Positions 36,987-46,390 of a DNA stretch of 64,000 bases are shown one piece after another. The position numbers and the translations under genes were made by a program. Source of the DNA: a virus (lineage: Duplodnaviria; Caudoviricetes). The notes under the pieces were generated by a model, which was not told the DNA's origin, made no database searches, and saw only the letters and a list, made by a program, of their open reading frames with translations. Numbering within the stretch: position 1 is the stretch's first letter; every line of letters starts with the position of its first letter. The DNA lies in IMG/VR virus record IMGVR_UViG_3300005613_000060, positions 59 to 64,058 of that record, one strand, 5' to 3'.

Positions 36987-37877
36987 TTATAACTCTTCTA
37001 CTAAAATTTGTGCCTTTAGTAATCTACCTGCAGAACCTGCTTTACTTTTGAATTTTAAAGAAACAAATTCTCCAGGTTGTAATGTAACTACTTTAAAAAA
37101 CGCAGTATTTTTAGGTTTTTTATTATTAGTAAATCTGACATCAACAGGATGGTCTAAAAGTGCGGTTCTTACTGTATCCGCTGTAAGACCTGATATAATA
37201 GTATTATTATTAGTATCCCATAGATAAATTTCTATATCTGTATTACCTAGAGTTTCATATTGAACAGTATCAACTACACCCACTGTTGTAACAATTGCAC
37301 CATCTACAACATTTTCTAAAAATATTTCTGGATTACCAACAACTTCAGGAATGTCTGTATTGTAAGAAACATGTACTTTAAATGTAGCAGGGTTTAGATA
37401 AGTATTTTGAAAAGTTAATATTTCATAACCTGTTGGAAAAAAATAATTATCGGGACCAGGTGAAGGAGCCCCAGGAACTATATCAATATCACTTATAAAC
37501 TCTTCATAAAAAAATATTTTACTCGGTTGAGAAACTGTATAGGTTGTTGTTGAACCTACAGTAACAGAGTTTACATTAATATTATCACCACCGATAACAA
37601 TAGACTGACCTGTGTTAGCAACAGCATCACAAAAGTATTGGACTATTGATAATAAAGCATCTTGTACTGTATCTCCTGTTTCTACAACTGTATCAGGATC
37701 ACAGATAATACTATCACCATTATAGATTATACATTGGCTATCAAATACTTCTGAGCAAGGTTGTAACTCAGGACACGGATCAGGTGTTGGACAAGGATCC
37801 GGTGTAGTTAAATAATCAGTTTTACAACCGCAATTTAAACTACTACACTTACTTTTATGTGAATTACTATAATACAT
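36987..37877 (-). CDS. Cys-rich fibre/appendage-like structural protein (paralog of 37889-39247)
   Basis: Shares CIIYNG...GDTV.D and the C-terminal domain (FP.GY..L...VDGAI.TT.G..DT.QYET.G...KN.A.F...VS.KFK...AQ) with the adjacent gene. Confidence 0.55.
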   Translation of the reverse strand: MYYSNSHKSKCSSLNCGCKTDYLTTPDPCPTPDPCPELQPCSEVFDSQCIIYNGDSIICDPDTVVETGDTVQDALLSIVQYFCDAVANTGQSIVIGGDNINVNSVTVGSTTTYTVSQPSKIFFYEEFISDIDIVPGAPSPGPDNYFFPTGYEILTFQNTYLNPATFKVHVSYNTDIPEVVGNPEIFLENVVDGAIVTTVGVVDTVQYETLGNTDIEIYLWDTNNNTIISGLTADTVRTALLDHPVDVRFTNNKKPKNTAFFKVVTLQPGEFVSLKFKSKAGSAGRLLKAQILVEEL

Positions 37878-37888
37878 AGTTAGTTAAT

Positions 37889-39247
37889 TTATATTTCTTT
37901 TACATATAATTGAGCTCTATTTAAGAATCCTGTAGCAGCACTAGCATCAGTCTTAAATTTTACAGATACAGAATCACCCGCTGGTAAAGTTCCTCTCCAA
38001 AATAAAGCAGAATTTTTAATCATATTTACTTGTATATTATCTCCAGGAATACCTCCACCAGCAAGAGACATTACAATAGAACTTCTTCCACCAAAAGTTT
38101 CATATTGTATTGTATCTGCCCCACCAGAAGTAGTTATAATAGCTCCATCTACCCAATCGGAATAAGCAGCTGAAGGAATGAGATCAGCTTTACCTGAATC
38201 AAAAGCAGCATGTACTTCAATTTCAATATCGCTACCTGTTATATTTAAATATGATAAAGTACCATAACCAGCAGGGAAATGATATAAAGTTGGTGAAGGA
38301 CTTGTTTTTATATCTACCGCACCTGTTGCATTAAGATATTGGTTAACCCCTGGTACAGGAGGAGCTACGTTAACAGTAAATGTTGTTAGACCTGCAACAT
38401 TAGCTGAAGACACTGTAATCCCTGAACCAGCAACTACATCATATTCTCTTGCTCTTAGATCACATAAAGCTATCCATAAGTTTCTAATTACATCAGCAAT
38501 TGTAGTACCTGTGTTATAAGTTGGATATGAAACAACCATTGTTGCTCCAGGATTTGCTATTGAAGGATCTGTAGGAGCAATACATTGAGCAGAAATAGCT
38601 GTTATTAAACTGCCATTGCTACCTAGTGTTGTACTTATTGGACACCATACAGCATTAATAAATTCTTCAAGGATTTCATCTATATCTTCAGTACTGCCTG
38701 AAATAAGAGAACCTATATTACAACCAATTGTAAATTGTGGTAATACAAATACTGGAGCAGGTGCTGTTTCTAAAGCCGTTACTCTACCATCTAAACTAGT
38801 AATTGAATCATTAATTACTGATAACTCATCAAGTATACTACAAATTTGTTCTCCTAAGTATACAGCATAATCAGTAACTAGCATTTGAGTTGTTATACCA
38901 AAACATTCTGCTGGTGTAACAAATAAATTTACGTCACCCGGTGTTGAAGGTGTATCAGGAGTAACTGGTGTTACATCACAACAACTACATATTTTTTCAA
39001 TTAATGCTTGTATTAACTCATCAAAAGTTTTAGGTGGACACCCATTTAAAGATAAACATGCTAAATCATAATTATCTACATTTAATGTATCTAATATTGC
39101 ACAGAGTTCTGTTGCAAGTTTATATACAACATCTGTTACAGTATCCCCTCTACATAAACTTAAGCATGCAATGTCTGGACCATTCCATATAACACAGTTT
39201 GATGATGTGGGTGCACAAGGCGAATTATCTAAATTTAAAGGCTTCAT
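37889..39247 (-). CDS. Cys-rich fibre-like structural protein
   Basis: 452 aa; Cys-punctuated helical repeats, short coiled coil (SITSLDGRVTALE), beta-rich C-terminal domain. Confidence 0.55.
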   Translation of the reverse strand: MKPLNLDNSPCAPTSSNCVIWNGPDIACLSLCRGDTVTDVVYKLATELCAILDTLNVDNYDLACLSLNGCPPKTFDELIQALIEKICSCCDVTPVTPDTPSTPGDVNLFVTPAECFGITTQMLVTDYAVYLGEQICSILDELSVINDSITSLDGRVTALETAPAPVFVLPQFTIGCNIGSLISGSTEDIDEILEEFINAVWCPISTTLGSNGSLITAISAQCIAPTDPSIANPGATMVVSYPTYNTGTTIADVIRNLWIALCDLRAREYDVVAGSGITVSSANVAGLTTFTVNVAPPVPGVNQYLNATGAVDIKTSPSPTLYHFPAGYGTLSYLNITGSDIEIEVHAAFDSGKADLIPSAAYSDWVDGAIITTSGGADTIQYETFGGRSSIVMSLAGGGIPGDNIQVNMIKNSALFWRGTLPAGDSVSVKFKTDASAATGFLNRAQLYVKEI

Positions 39248-39282
39248 AATATAATATACTAAATTTTATTTATTTAAACTAA

Positions 39283-40809
39283 TTAAGCAGGACAATCTCC
39301 AATACGTTCTAAAATTAAATCTGGATAACTAACACAAGGTATTGTAGGACAAGGTTCATTATTTGCATAATAACCTATACTATTAAACTCTATACTACCA
39401 TATTCAGCACAAAAAATTATTTCTGAATCTTCATTAATTGAAACTACGGTATAAGATTGCAATAAACCATTTTCATCTATATAAGTAATCAAAGCCCCAT
39501 CTGAACTATTTGGTGTAGCACCTATTGATAATCTATATTGATACACTCTTGGTTCTGGACATTCTGTATAATAAACTGTAGTGCTTATATAACCGCATGA
39601 TCCACAATTACTAGTTGTTTCAGTACATTCATAGTCAGTATCATTAAGAACATCTAACATTAAAAGATCAAATTCTATTTCTCTTTTAACTATATCATCT
39701 TCATCACAACAATCAGATATCCCGTATCTAGATTGTAGTACATGCTTATACATTAATTCAGCATATCTACAAACTATTTTTTCATACTTTTCTGGAGAAC
39801 ACACTGGGCTATCGTAACCAGGTTTTACTTTTCTTGCTGGTTGAGGAACTTCAGGACATGTGTTATCAACACAATCTCCAAAATTTATTACTTCTATATC
39901 TGTACTTATCCAATTCTGTACACAATACTTTTTACTTAACTTACCAGGACCAACTATTTCAACAGTTTCTTGTTGCTCAGCATTACAATCAATATATATT
40001 AATTTTCTAGGTAATGATGATTTATTCTTAACTCTGGTGCATATACATTTAGGTAAACAAAGTAAACATTCTGTTATATCAAAACATTCTAATATAACAT
40101 GATTAAAAACTAATTCTAATGATTCTTCCGTGCATGGAGCTGTTTGAACTTTAAAACATCTAATTACACCTTCTATATTAACTTGAATAACTGTATTAAT
40201 ATATTGATTTAAAACGTCTCCAGAATAAACTAAACTCTCACCTGTGTAACAATCAATTAATAAAAAACAAGGTGGCACTTCTAAAATACTACAGTCTTCA
40301 CAGGACTCATAAACTGCTGTTATTTCTATTAATGGGAAAGTCCTATCACATAATTCACTTGAGGTAATGTTCCAGCAATCATTAAAATCAATAGGTAAAT
40401 CTTGAACATTTGATAAATCTAAAGAATATGTGTTACCTAATCCTATTTGATCTGGATTAGATATAATAGCATAAAAATGGATACTTGGATCAAAACAGTT
40501 TTCTACATAATAACAGTCTAAATGATCACAATCTGGACATATTTCATTATCACAATGACCATCTTCAATTAAATATGCTGTATCCTCTAAATAAGGATCT
40601 TGAGGAATTGGTCCTCCATAACTAGGAGCTGGGGGAGGTAGTGGTGGTGTTGGAAAAGTAACAGTAGATATAAATGCTGTAAAACAATTACCATTATAAT
40701 AGTAAGTTGATCCATTTACATAAGTACCAGGAGTTCCTAAATTAAATTCTATATTTAATTCTTCATTATCACAACAACTAACAAACGTAAGCTTTTGAAA
40801 ACCAGCCAT
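39283..40809 (-). CDS. Very Cys-rich acidic structural protein with internal repeats
   Basis: 508 aa; repeated C[YF]...C[FY]...C[WF].[IV]...C...C..C modules. Confidence 0.55.
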   Translation of the reverse strand: MAGFQKLTFVSCCDNEELNIEFNLGTPGTYVNGSTYYYNGNCFTAFISTVTFPTPPLPPPAPSYGGPIPQDPYLEDTAYLIEDGHCDNEICPDCDHLDCYYVENCFDPSIHFYAIISNPDQIGLGNTYSLDLSNVQDLPIDFNDCWNITSSELCDRTFPLIEITAVYESCEDCSILEVPPCFLLIDCYTGESLVYSGDVLNQYINTVIQVNIEGVIRCFKVQTAPCTEESLELVFNHVILECFDITECLLCLPKCICTRVKNKSSLPRKLIYIDCNAEQQETVEIVGPGKLSKKYCVQNWISTDIEVINFGDCVDNTCPEVPQPARKVKPGYDSPVCSPEKYEKIVCRYAELMYKHVLQSRYGISDCCDEDDIVKREIEFDLLMLDVLNDTDYECTETTSNCGSCGYISTTVYYTECPEPRVYQYRLSIGATPNSSDGALITYIDENGLLQSYTVVSINEDSEIIFCAEYGSIEFNSIGYYANNEPCPTIPCVSYPDLILERIGDCPA

Positions 40810-40811
40810 AA

Positions 40812-40934
40812 TTATTTTTTTAACTTAGTTTCATATGCAGCTATACATGCTGAACAACAAGACTTTCCATCAGAAGCTTTTCTTTTTTTACAGCTGCACC
40901 CTAAAACTTTTCCACAATTTGTACATTTACTCAT
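40812..40934 (-). CDS. 40-aa Cys-rich miniprotein (not in the ORF track)
   Basis: MSKCTNCGKVLGCSCKKRKASDGKSCCSACIAAYETKLKK*. Fills the intergenic gap, ends 2 nt before the next ATG, and has the AAAACCAA leader motif. Confidence 0.8.
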   Translation of the reverse strand: MSKCTNCGKVLGCSCKKRKASDGKSCCSACIAAYETKLKK

Positions 40935-40953
40935 CTTATTGGTTTTAAAATTT

Positions 40954-41496
40954 TTAACAATTTTTACATTCTAATTTATTTAGAAGTTTAATAGCATAGT
41001 TATAAAGACTCATGCCTTTTTGTATTTCATGGCATGTTTCTACTTTTGCTACAGCCGCATCTAAATAACTTTTAATAGTGTTTAGTTGATTTAGTTTATC
41101 TTTTACTTTTTTGCTAGGTTCACAATCAGATAAATCTAAATCACATAAAGCTTTTCTATATCTGTTTAAAGCTTTACTAATTCTTAAATGATTATATTCT
41201 ACATACACTACATCATTAGGAGATACACTATATTTAATTACGTATACTCCATCAGGTATAGCTAAATAACTACTTCCACAATTTTCTGTTTGTAACTGGA
41301 GATTACAAGCTGTTATTACTACATTGTCTCCAGGAGTAAAATTTAACTGAATAGAATATCCAAACCCGGGAACAGTTATATTTAAAGTTGGGCAAGTTAA
41401 AGGTACTAAGTTAGAATATACACTTGTATCAAGTATTTTCATAATACAAGTATTCAATACTGTTGGAACCTCTAAGCTTAATACATGATTTGCCAT
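40954..41496 (-). CDS. Putative tail hub/fibre-docking protein
   Basis: 180 aa; IPDGVYVIKYSV followed by a helical C-terminus; position before the fibre-like genes. Confidence 0.5.
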   Translation of the reverse strand: MANHVLSLEVPTVLNTCIMKILDTSVYSNLVPLTCPTLNITVPGFGYSIQLNFTPGDNVVITACNLQLQTENCGSSYLAIPDGVYVIKYSVSPNDVVYVEYNHLRISKALNRYRKALCDLDLSDCEPSKKVKDKLNQLNTIKSYLDAAVAKVETCHEIQKGMSLYNYAIKLLNKLECKNC

Positions 41497-41508
41497 AATT
41501 TTTTAAAT

Positions 41509-41544
41509 AAAAAAAGGAGAGGAGAGATAACCTCTCACTCTCCC
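41509..41544 (-). terminator. Rho-independent terminator after the 545-aa structural gene
   Basis: Minus strand GGGAGAGTGAGAG-GTTAT-CTCTCCTCTCC-TTTTTTT. Confidence 0.85.
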
Positions 41545-41568
41545 TATAGTTAGAATTTCAATTTATTC

Positions 41569-43206
41569 TTATGCTGGTGGTTGAAGTAAATCAAGTGGAG
41601 GAAGTGTTGGGAAAACTAAAGTGTTATCACAAACATCACCACAAGTAAATCTTTCAATTTTACATACTCCACATGCGTCTAACCATGTAGCAAAATCTTC
41701 AAATACTGAAGCTGCAGTACCTTCTTCTAAAATAATTTCTAGTAAATACTGATCATTATCAAATACTCCGGTTGGGTTATTAAAACGAGGAACATTATGT
41801 TGTAAGTAAACTCGGTCATAAAGTGCTCCACGGTCAATAACGTCTAACTCTTGATTTCCTTGAGTAATCTCACGGATTCTCAAATCTGAGTGGAAGAAGT
41901 TTTGACGGTAAGACTCTGACATAATCAAGTTTCTTACAGCTTGCTCACCAAATCCATTAGCTTGACGAGATTCACATTCTGTTTCAACACAGATACCTCC
42001 AAAAGTACAAGGATCACCATTGTAATCTACTTCAGAAATATACAATCTTACTGGCTCTTTTTCAAAGAAATCAGAAGTTTGGAAAGTACAATCTCCAAAA
42101 CGAGTATCAACATAAGCTCCTGCAATAATTAAACCTGCACAAGCATCAGTTATATATCCTGGAGATACATAGTTATCCCAAGTATCAAAACCAGCAGGAA
42201 CTGATGGGCTTGAAGGTGGATACCAAATAGTACCAGTTTGATCTACTACAAGAATAGAAACAAATGGACGAATAAGTGGAGAGTTCAATAATTGCTCAGC
42301 CCAACCTACCATAACTAAAGTAGAGTCAACAGGTGCAGGAGCAACAGTTTCATCTTCACAACATCCAGTGTAGTAATCTGCAGTGTAGTAAGAATTACGG
42401 TTTAAAAATCTTAATGCTGGAGAACCTTTAACGTCTAAACGTAAAGAGTAAGTCTCGTCACATAAAAATTCTTTACAACAATCTGCACCACCTGCAGCAG
42501 CACCTACTGTAAGTACATCAATAGTAGCATCGTTGTTTCCTCCAACAATTGTTAGAGTATCACCAATAGTATAATCTTTACCTGGAGCAATAATTGCTAC
42601 AGCAGTTACTACACCAAGAGCATTAATAGTTACTTGAACAACAGCACCTGTACCAGTACCACCTGTTACTGTAGTAATTAAAGTACCTGGAGCAGGTGCA
42701 TAACCTGTACCACCTACTAAACTAAGAGCATCAAGAGATTCTACACCACCACCTGCAGTAAAATAAGTAGAACCTACGTGTACAATCTCATTTTGAGCTG
42801 GACAAGCTGGAGAATCATACAATCTACTTACATACTTAGGATTAATCATTTTAGACTTGTTAGTCTCTTGATATCCCCCATGAAAAGGTCCAATTTTGTC
42901 ATTACTGTAAATTGTAGATCCTGCAAGAATTACATTACAACAATCAGAATCTCCTTCTAATGAAGCTCCTGTAACAGAAAGTTGTGTGTCTGCATCAAAC
43001 AATCCAATGTAACCATTAGTTAATTTTGAAGTAGCAGCTGCAGAAAGCTGATTCAAAACAACTGTTGGTAAACCTGTAGTAGTAAGTTGACCACCTACAG
43101 TAGTAGCTGTAGTAGACGTACCATTAGGTAAAACAACTGGAGTAGATGTTTGGTCTTCACCTGTTGCTAAAAACGTTTTTGTAAACGCGTGATTAAAATA
43201 AGCCAT
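41569..43206 (-). CDS. Abundant structural protein, probable auxiliary capsid protein
   Basis: 545 aa. Own promoter-like box and terminator; CGT-rich codon bias like the MCP; Gly/Thr/Val-rich inserted beta domain. Confidence 0.55.
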   Translation of the reverse strand: MAYFNHAFTKTFLATGEDQTSTPVVLPNGTSTTATTVGGQLTTTGLPTVVLNQLSAAATSKLTNGYIGLFDADTQLSVTGASLEGDSDCCNVILAGSTIYSNDKIGPFHGGYQETNKSKMINPKYVSRLYDSPACPAQNEIVHVGSTYFTAGGGVESLDALSLVGGTGYAPAPGTLITTVTGGTGTGAVVQVTINALGVVTAVAIIAPGKDYTIGDTLTIVGGNNDATIDVLTVGAAAGGADCCKEFLCDETYSLRLDVKGSPALRFLNRNSYYTADYYTGCCEDETVAPAPVDSTLVMVGWAEQLLNSPLIRPFVSILVVDQTGTIWYPPSSPSVPAGFDTWDNYVSPGYITDACAGLIIAGAYVDTRFGDCTFQTSDFFEKEPVRLYISEVDYNGDPCTFGGICVETECESRQANGFGEQAVRNLIMSESYRQNFFHSDLRIREITQGNQELDVIDRGALYDRVYLQHNVPRFNNPTGVFDNDQYLLEIILEEGTAASVFEDFATWLDACGVCKIERFTCGDVCDNTLVFPTLPPLDLLQPPA

Positions 43207-43226
43207 TTTTTTAAAATTTAATTAAA

Positions 43227-43271
43227 CAAATATATATACTATAATATAATAAAAAGATTTAAATAAGCAAA
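43227..43271 (-). promoter_or_regulatory. Putative promoter(s): TTTG-N19-TATATTAT plus a downstream TATATTTG
   Basis: Matches or resembles the Bacteroidota -33 TTTG / -7 TAnnTTTG consensus. Confidence 0.6.
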
Positions 43272-43272
43272 A

Positions 43273-43728
43273 CTATTTAAGAAATAAAAGTTTATATTTA
43301 GCTTTGCTTATTGCATCTTTTATTAAATCCATATTATTTACTATTTCAGAATAAGGTACTTTACTTTGTACTAGAGTTACTTTTTTATAAAGCATTCTTA
43401 AATAGTTAATTGCATCCTCTACATCTTCCAAAACTTTTGGTTCAACTGGAGAACACTCTAAAATAGTTTCTTCAACACCTTGAAATCCTTCAACTATTGT
43501 ATCTACTAAACCGGGTAATGCATCATATAATTCATTTAAAGCTAAGTGTGCTGCAAAAGAACCTGCTCCTGTTACTTTTAAGTGAAGTAAATGAAACGAA
43601 GTTCTTGAAGCCATTAACTCTGCAGTTAAATATGATATGTCAGAAGATACTGACTCTGCACCGTTATAAATAGGAGTTATAGCTTTAGAAACAGTATCTA
43701 TTCTTTTTAACATTCTTGGTTTTTCCAT
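43273..43728 (-). CDS. Dps/ferritin-like protein
   Basis: HLLHLKVTG..SFAAHLALNELYD.L...VDTIVE matches the Dps-type ferroxidase helix pattern. Confidence 0.75.
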   Translation of the reverse strand: MEKPRMLKRIDTVSKAITPIYNGAESVSSDISYLTAELMASRTSFHLLHLKVTGAGSFAAHLALNELYDALPGLVDTIVEGFQGVEETILECSPVEPKVLEDVEDAINYLRMLYKKVTLVQSKVPYSEIVNNMDLIKDAISKAKYKLLFLK

Positions 43729-43734
43729 TTTTTA

Positions 43735-44436
43735 TTAGTTATTACGTTCAGCATTTTGTGTACCTCTACCTGATTGATTTATTGATTCAATATCACCAGC
43801 TAGTATACTTACTGCCTCATCTATTATTAATTCTACTATATCATCCTTAAACTCTGATTCAACATCTAAAGTAGTAGTTTGATTTGTATAAGGATCTACA
43901 CAATTTAGTACTGCAATTCTAATAGGTTGACGGTAGTAAGTTAAATTAGCATTTTCTATATTAAACTCATCATTAGTATAAATAAATACTCTATTGTTTT
44001 TTAAAGTAGCAAAAGTTTCAGCCCATTCAAAACTAGGTCTTTTAGAAAGATCTCTAAGTAATTGACTAAGATTACCTTCTTCAGCTAAATATACTGTCAT
44101 AGGTCTTTTTTCACTACAACATTTATTAGTTGCAAAAGCATCTACTCTTTTCCATTGTAAATAATTTTCAGGTATAGGAGCAGAAAAAGACCTGTCAGAA
44201 TTAGATAAACTGACAGGTAAAGTATTTAAAAGTATTTGTAAATCATCTTTTCTTCTAGTAGATTGTTCATCTCCTTCTTTAACTACATTTATACCATGTA
44301 ATTGTCTTCTGACCCATTCTACTTGAGCTTTATTAAAAGCCTCAACAATTTGCCAACATTCAAGATTATCATGATCTTGACTATCTAATTTGTTAAGTCT
44401 TTCTTTTACTTTTATGATTATAGTACTATTAAGCAT
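43735..44436 (-). CDS. Head-tail ring/adaptor protein
   Basis: 233 aa; LNKLDS....L...QI...FNKAQ and LTYYRQP motifs; capsid-module position. Confidence 0.6.
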   Translation of the reverse strand: MLNSTIIIKVKERLNKLDSQDHDNLECWQIVEAFNKAQVEWVRRQLHGINVVKEGDEQSTRRKDDLQILLNTLPVSLSNSDRSFSAPIPENYLQWKRVDAFATNKCCSEKRPMTVYLAEEGNLSQLLRDLSKRPSFEWAETFATLKNNRVFIYTNDEFNIENANLTYYRQPIRIAVLNCVDPYTNQTTTLDVESEFKDDIVELIIDEAVSILAGDIESINQSGRGTQNAERNN

Positions 44437-44637
44437 CTATTTTTTCTTTTTCATTTTACCTAATGTAATAGCAAGCCTTGCTCTTTGTGCAGTTTTACCA
44501 GATCCTTTAGCTTTATCTTTTAACCAAGATTTTTTAATAGTCCCATCTTTTTTAACAGCACCTGCTCTCTTAGCTGTAGCTGTAAGAGCACCTGGTTTTT
44601 TAATAGCACCTTTGATCCAATTTTTTTTACTATCCAT
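44437..44637 (-). CDS. Small basic phage protein
   Basis: 66 aa; KNWIKGAIKKPGAL...RARLAITL; coupled to its neighbours. Confidence 0.7.
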   Translation of the reverse strand: MDSKKNWIKGAIKKPGALTATAKRAGAVKKDGTIKKSWLKDKAKGSGKTAQRARLAITLGKMKKKK

Positions 44638-45290
44638 TATTTTTTCTTAGTACCACCTTTTTTCATCATGCTTGGTTTTACTGACTTACCATACATAGCT
44701 TTAGGTTTAACAGTAGTCCCTTTTTGAGCTTTAGCAATACCACCTTTTTTCATCATAGTAGGTTCTACTGTTTTCCCATACATTGCTTTAGTAGTATTAC
44801 CACCTACCATCATTTTTGATTTTTTAGCTACACCTCCTTCTCTTGCTAGAAGAATTTTCTTAGGAGGTACAGGCATAAGATTCATAGGTTTTTTTCTCGG
44901 ATTCTTCTCAGGAGTAACCATATTTATACGAGGGGTTTTTACAGGAGCCGTTGGTTTTGGTGATTTTTTTGTAGAAGTTGGAGAAGTACCGCCTTTTTGT
45001 TTAATTTCTCTTGCAGGTTTAGCATCTTTCATAGATACAAAAGGGCTGCTGGATTTTCTAGATTCTTTACTAAATCCTATGTAACTACCTTTATTAGTTC
45101 CTGTTCCTGGTGCATCTTTACCATCGTAAACATAATCAATTATTCCTTTACCTTTTGAAGTTTTTCTTTTAGCAGCTTTTTGACTAATATCTCTACCAGC
45201 TTGTGCTTTAGGAATAGTACCACCTGCCATCATTTTTGGTTTTTTGGTAGCACTTTTTTTCATCATTGTTTTTTTACTTGTGTTTTTCAT
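44637..45290 (-). CDS. Lys/Met-rich disordered basic protein with repeated xxGG motifs (putative DNA-condensing core protein)
   Basis: 217 aa; MMAGG, KQKGG, AREGG, MMVGG, MKKGG x2, KAMYGK x2. Confidence 0.6.
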   Translation of the reverse strand: MKNTSKKTMMKKSATKKPKMMAGGTIPKAQAGRDISQKAAKRKTSKGKGIIDYVYDGKDAPGTGTNKGSYIGFSKESRKSSSPFVSMKDAKPAREIKQKGGTSPTSTKKSPKPTAPVKTPRINMVTPEKNPRKKPMNLMPVPPKKILLAREGGVAKKSKMMVGGNTTKAMYGKTVEPTMMKKGGIAKAQKGTTVKPKAMYGKSVKPSMMKKGGTKKK

Positions 45291-45301
45291 AACATATTAA
45301 T

Positions 45302-46315
45302 TTAAGAGTTCCAGTTGTTTTCAATCTTTTCATTTATTGCTTTGTAGATATCTTCATTTAGTGGATTTTTAAGATATTCTACAACATCAGATACATTTCT
45401 TCCTGTAAGAGTTCCAGTCTTCATATGGTAAATGTAACCATCTGCCTTAGTGACTAACTCTTTATAAAAGATTGCATCTTTAACTAAAGAACGAATTTTT
45501 AAATCTTCCATGCTAGAATTTACAGCATCAAGGAAACCTTTTGCTGCTCTTTCTTTGTTAGACTCTCCACCTTCTCCATTAATAAATTTATCCATATTGT
45601 CATATAGAACATCATTAGGAGTGTTCTTTTTATACTGTACGCTTGTAATGTCTACAACTTTTGCAACATAGAATAACTTAGCTGAGTTTTTATCAAATAA
45701 TTTTTGTAGTTCAGACAATGCTCTGTTACGCATTTTTTTGTATTCAGTTCTAGAAGATATTGTTTCTTCTTCTTTATCTAAGTAAAACTTTGGTGGTTTT
45801 GGTTTTGTTTTTGCATCTTCATAACTTTTTGCTACAATATCAAATCCACCAGCTTCAATTGCATAAAATTTAATTCTATCATATGGATTAGCCATGTCTA
45901 AGTACACAGGAGAATTTCCACATTCAATAGTAATTTTATTCCAAAATTTTGCATTATTTGGCTTAAGTAATTCTACTTTACTCCAGAAGTCTTTATCTTC
46001 TACATCTAAAACATTTGAAGCTAGTTCTGTTTCTAAATCAGCTACTGCTGCTCTAATTTCTTTAATTCTAGCTTCTTTCATTTCTGTTGGTAGTTTTTTA
46101 ATTTCAGGAGCAAATTCATTTAATCCTGTAATGTATCTAACTACTCCATTATTTTCTAAACATGCTAATTGTTCAAAATGAACTACTCCATCATATAAAG
46201 CCATGTTGTATTCTTCTAAACCCATGTTTGCAACAGTTGCATCAACATAAGGTCTAATTGCAATTTTAGTTTTTTTCCCTGTAGGGACTTCAACTTTTGT
46301 GAACGCTGTACTCAT
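45302..46315 (-). CDS. Conserved capsid-module protein directly downstream of the MCP
   Basis: 337-aa ORF; position typical of the crAss-like capsid block. Confidence 0.55.
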   Translation of the reverse strand: MSTAFTKVEVPTGKKTKIAIRPYVDATVANMGLEEYNMALYDGVVHFEQLACLENNGVVRYITGLNEFAPEIKKLPTEMKEARIKEIRAAVADLETELASNVLDVEDKDFWSKVELLKPNNAKFWNKITIECGNSPVYLDMANPYDRIKFYAIEAGGFDIVAKSYEDAKTKPKPPKFYLDKEEETISSRTEYKKMRNRALSELQKLFDKNSAKLFYVAKVVDITSVQYKKNTPNDVLYDNMDKFINGEGGESNKERAAKGFLDAVNSSMEDLKIRSLVKDAIFYKELVTKADGYIYHMKTGTLTGRNVSDVVEYLKNPLNEDIYKAINEKIENNWNS

Positions 46316-46337
46316 TTTTTTTTGTTGGTTTTAAGTT

Positions 46338-46375
46338 AAAAAATATCAGAGAGGAACAATAAGCTCCTCTCTGAT
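46338..46375 (-). terminator. Rho-independent terminator after the MCP
   Basis: Minus strand ATCAGAGAGGA-GCTTATTGT-TCCTCTCTGAT-ATTTTTT; 11-bp stem. Confidence 0.85.
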
Positions 46376-46390
46376 TTATATATTGAGTGA

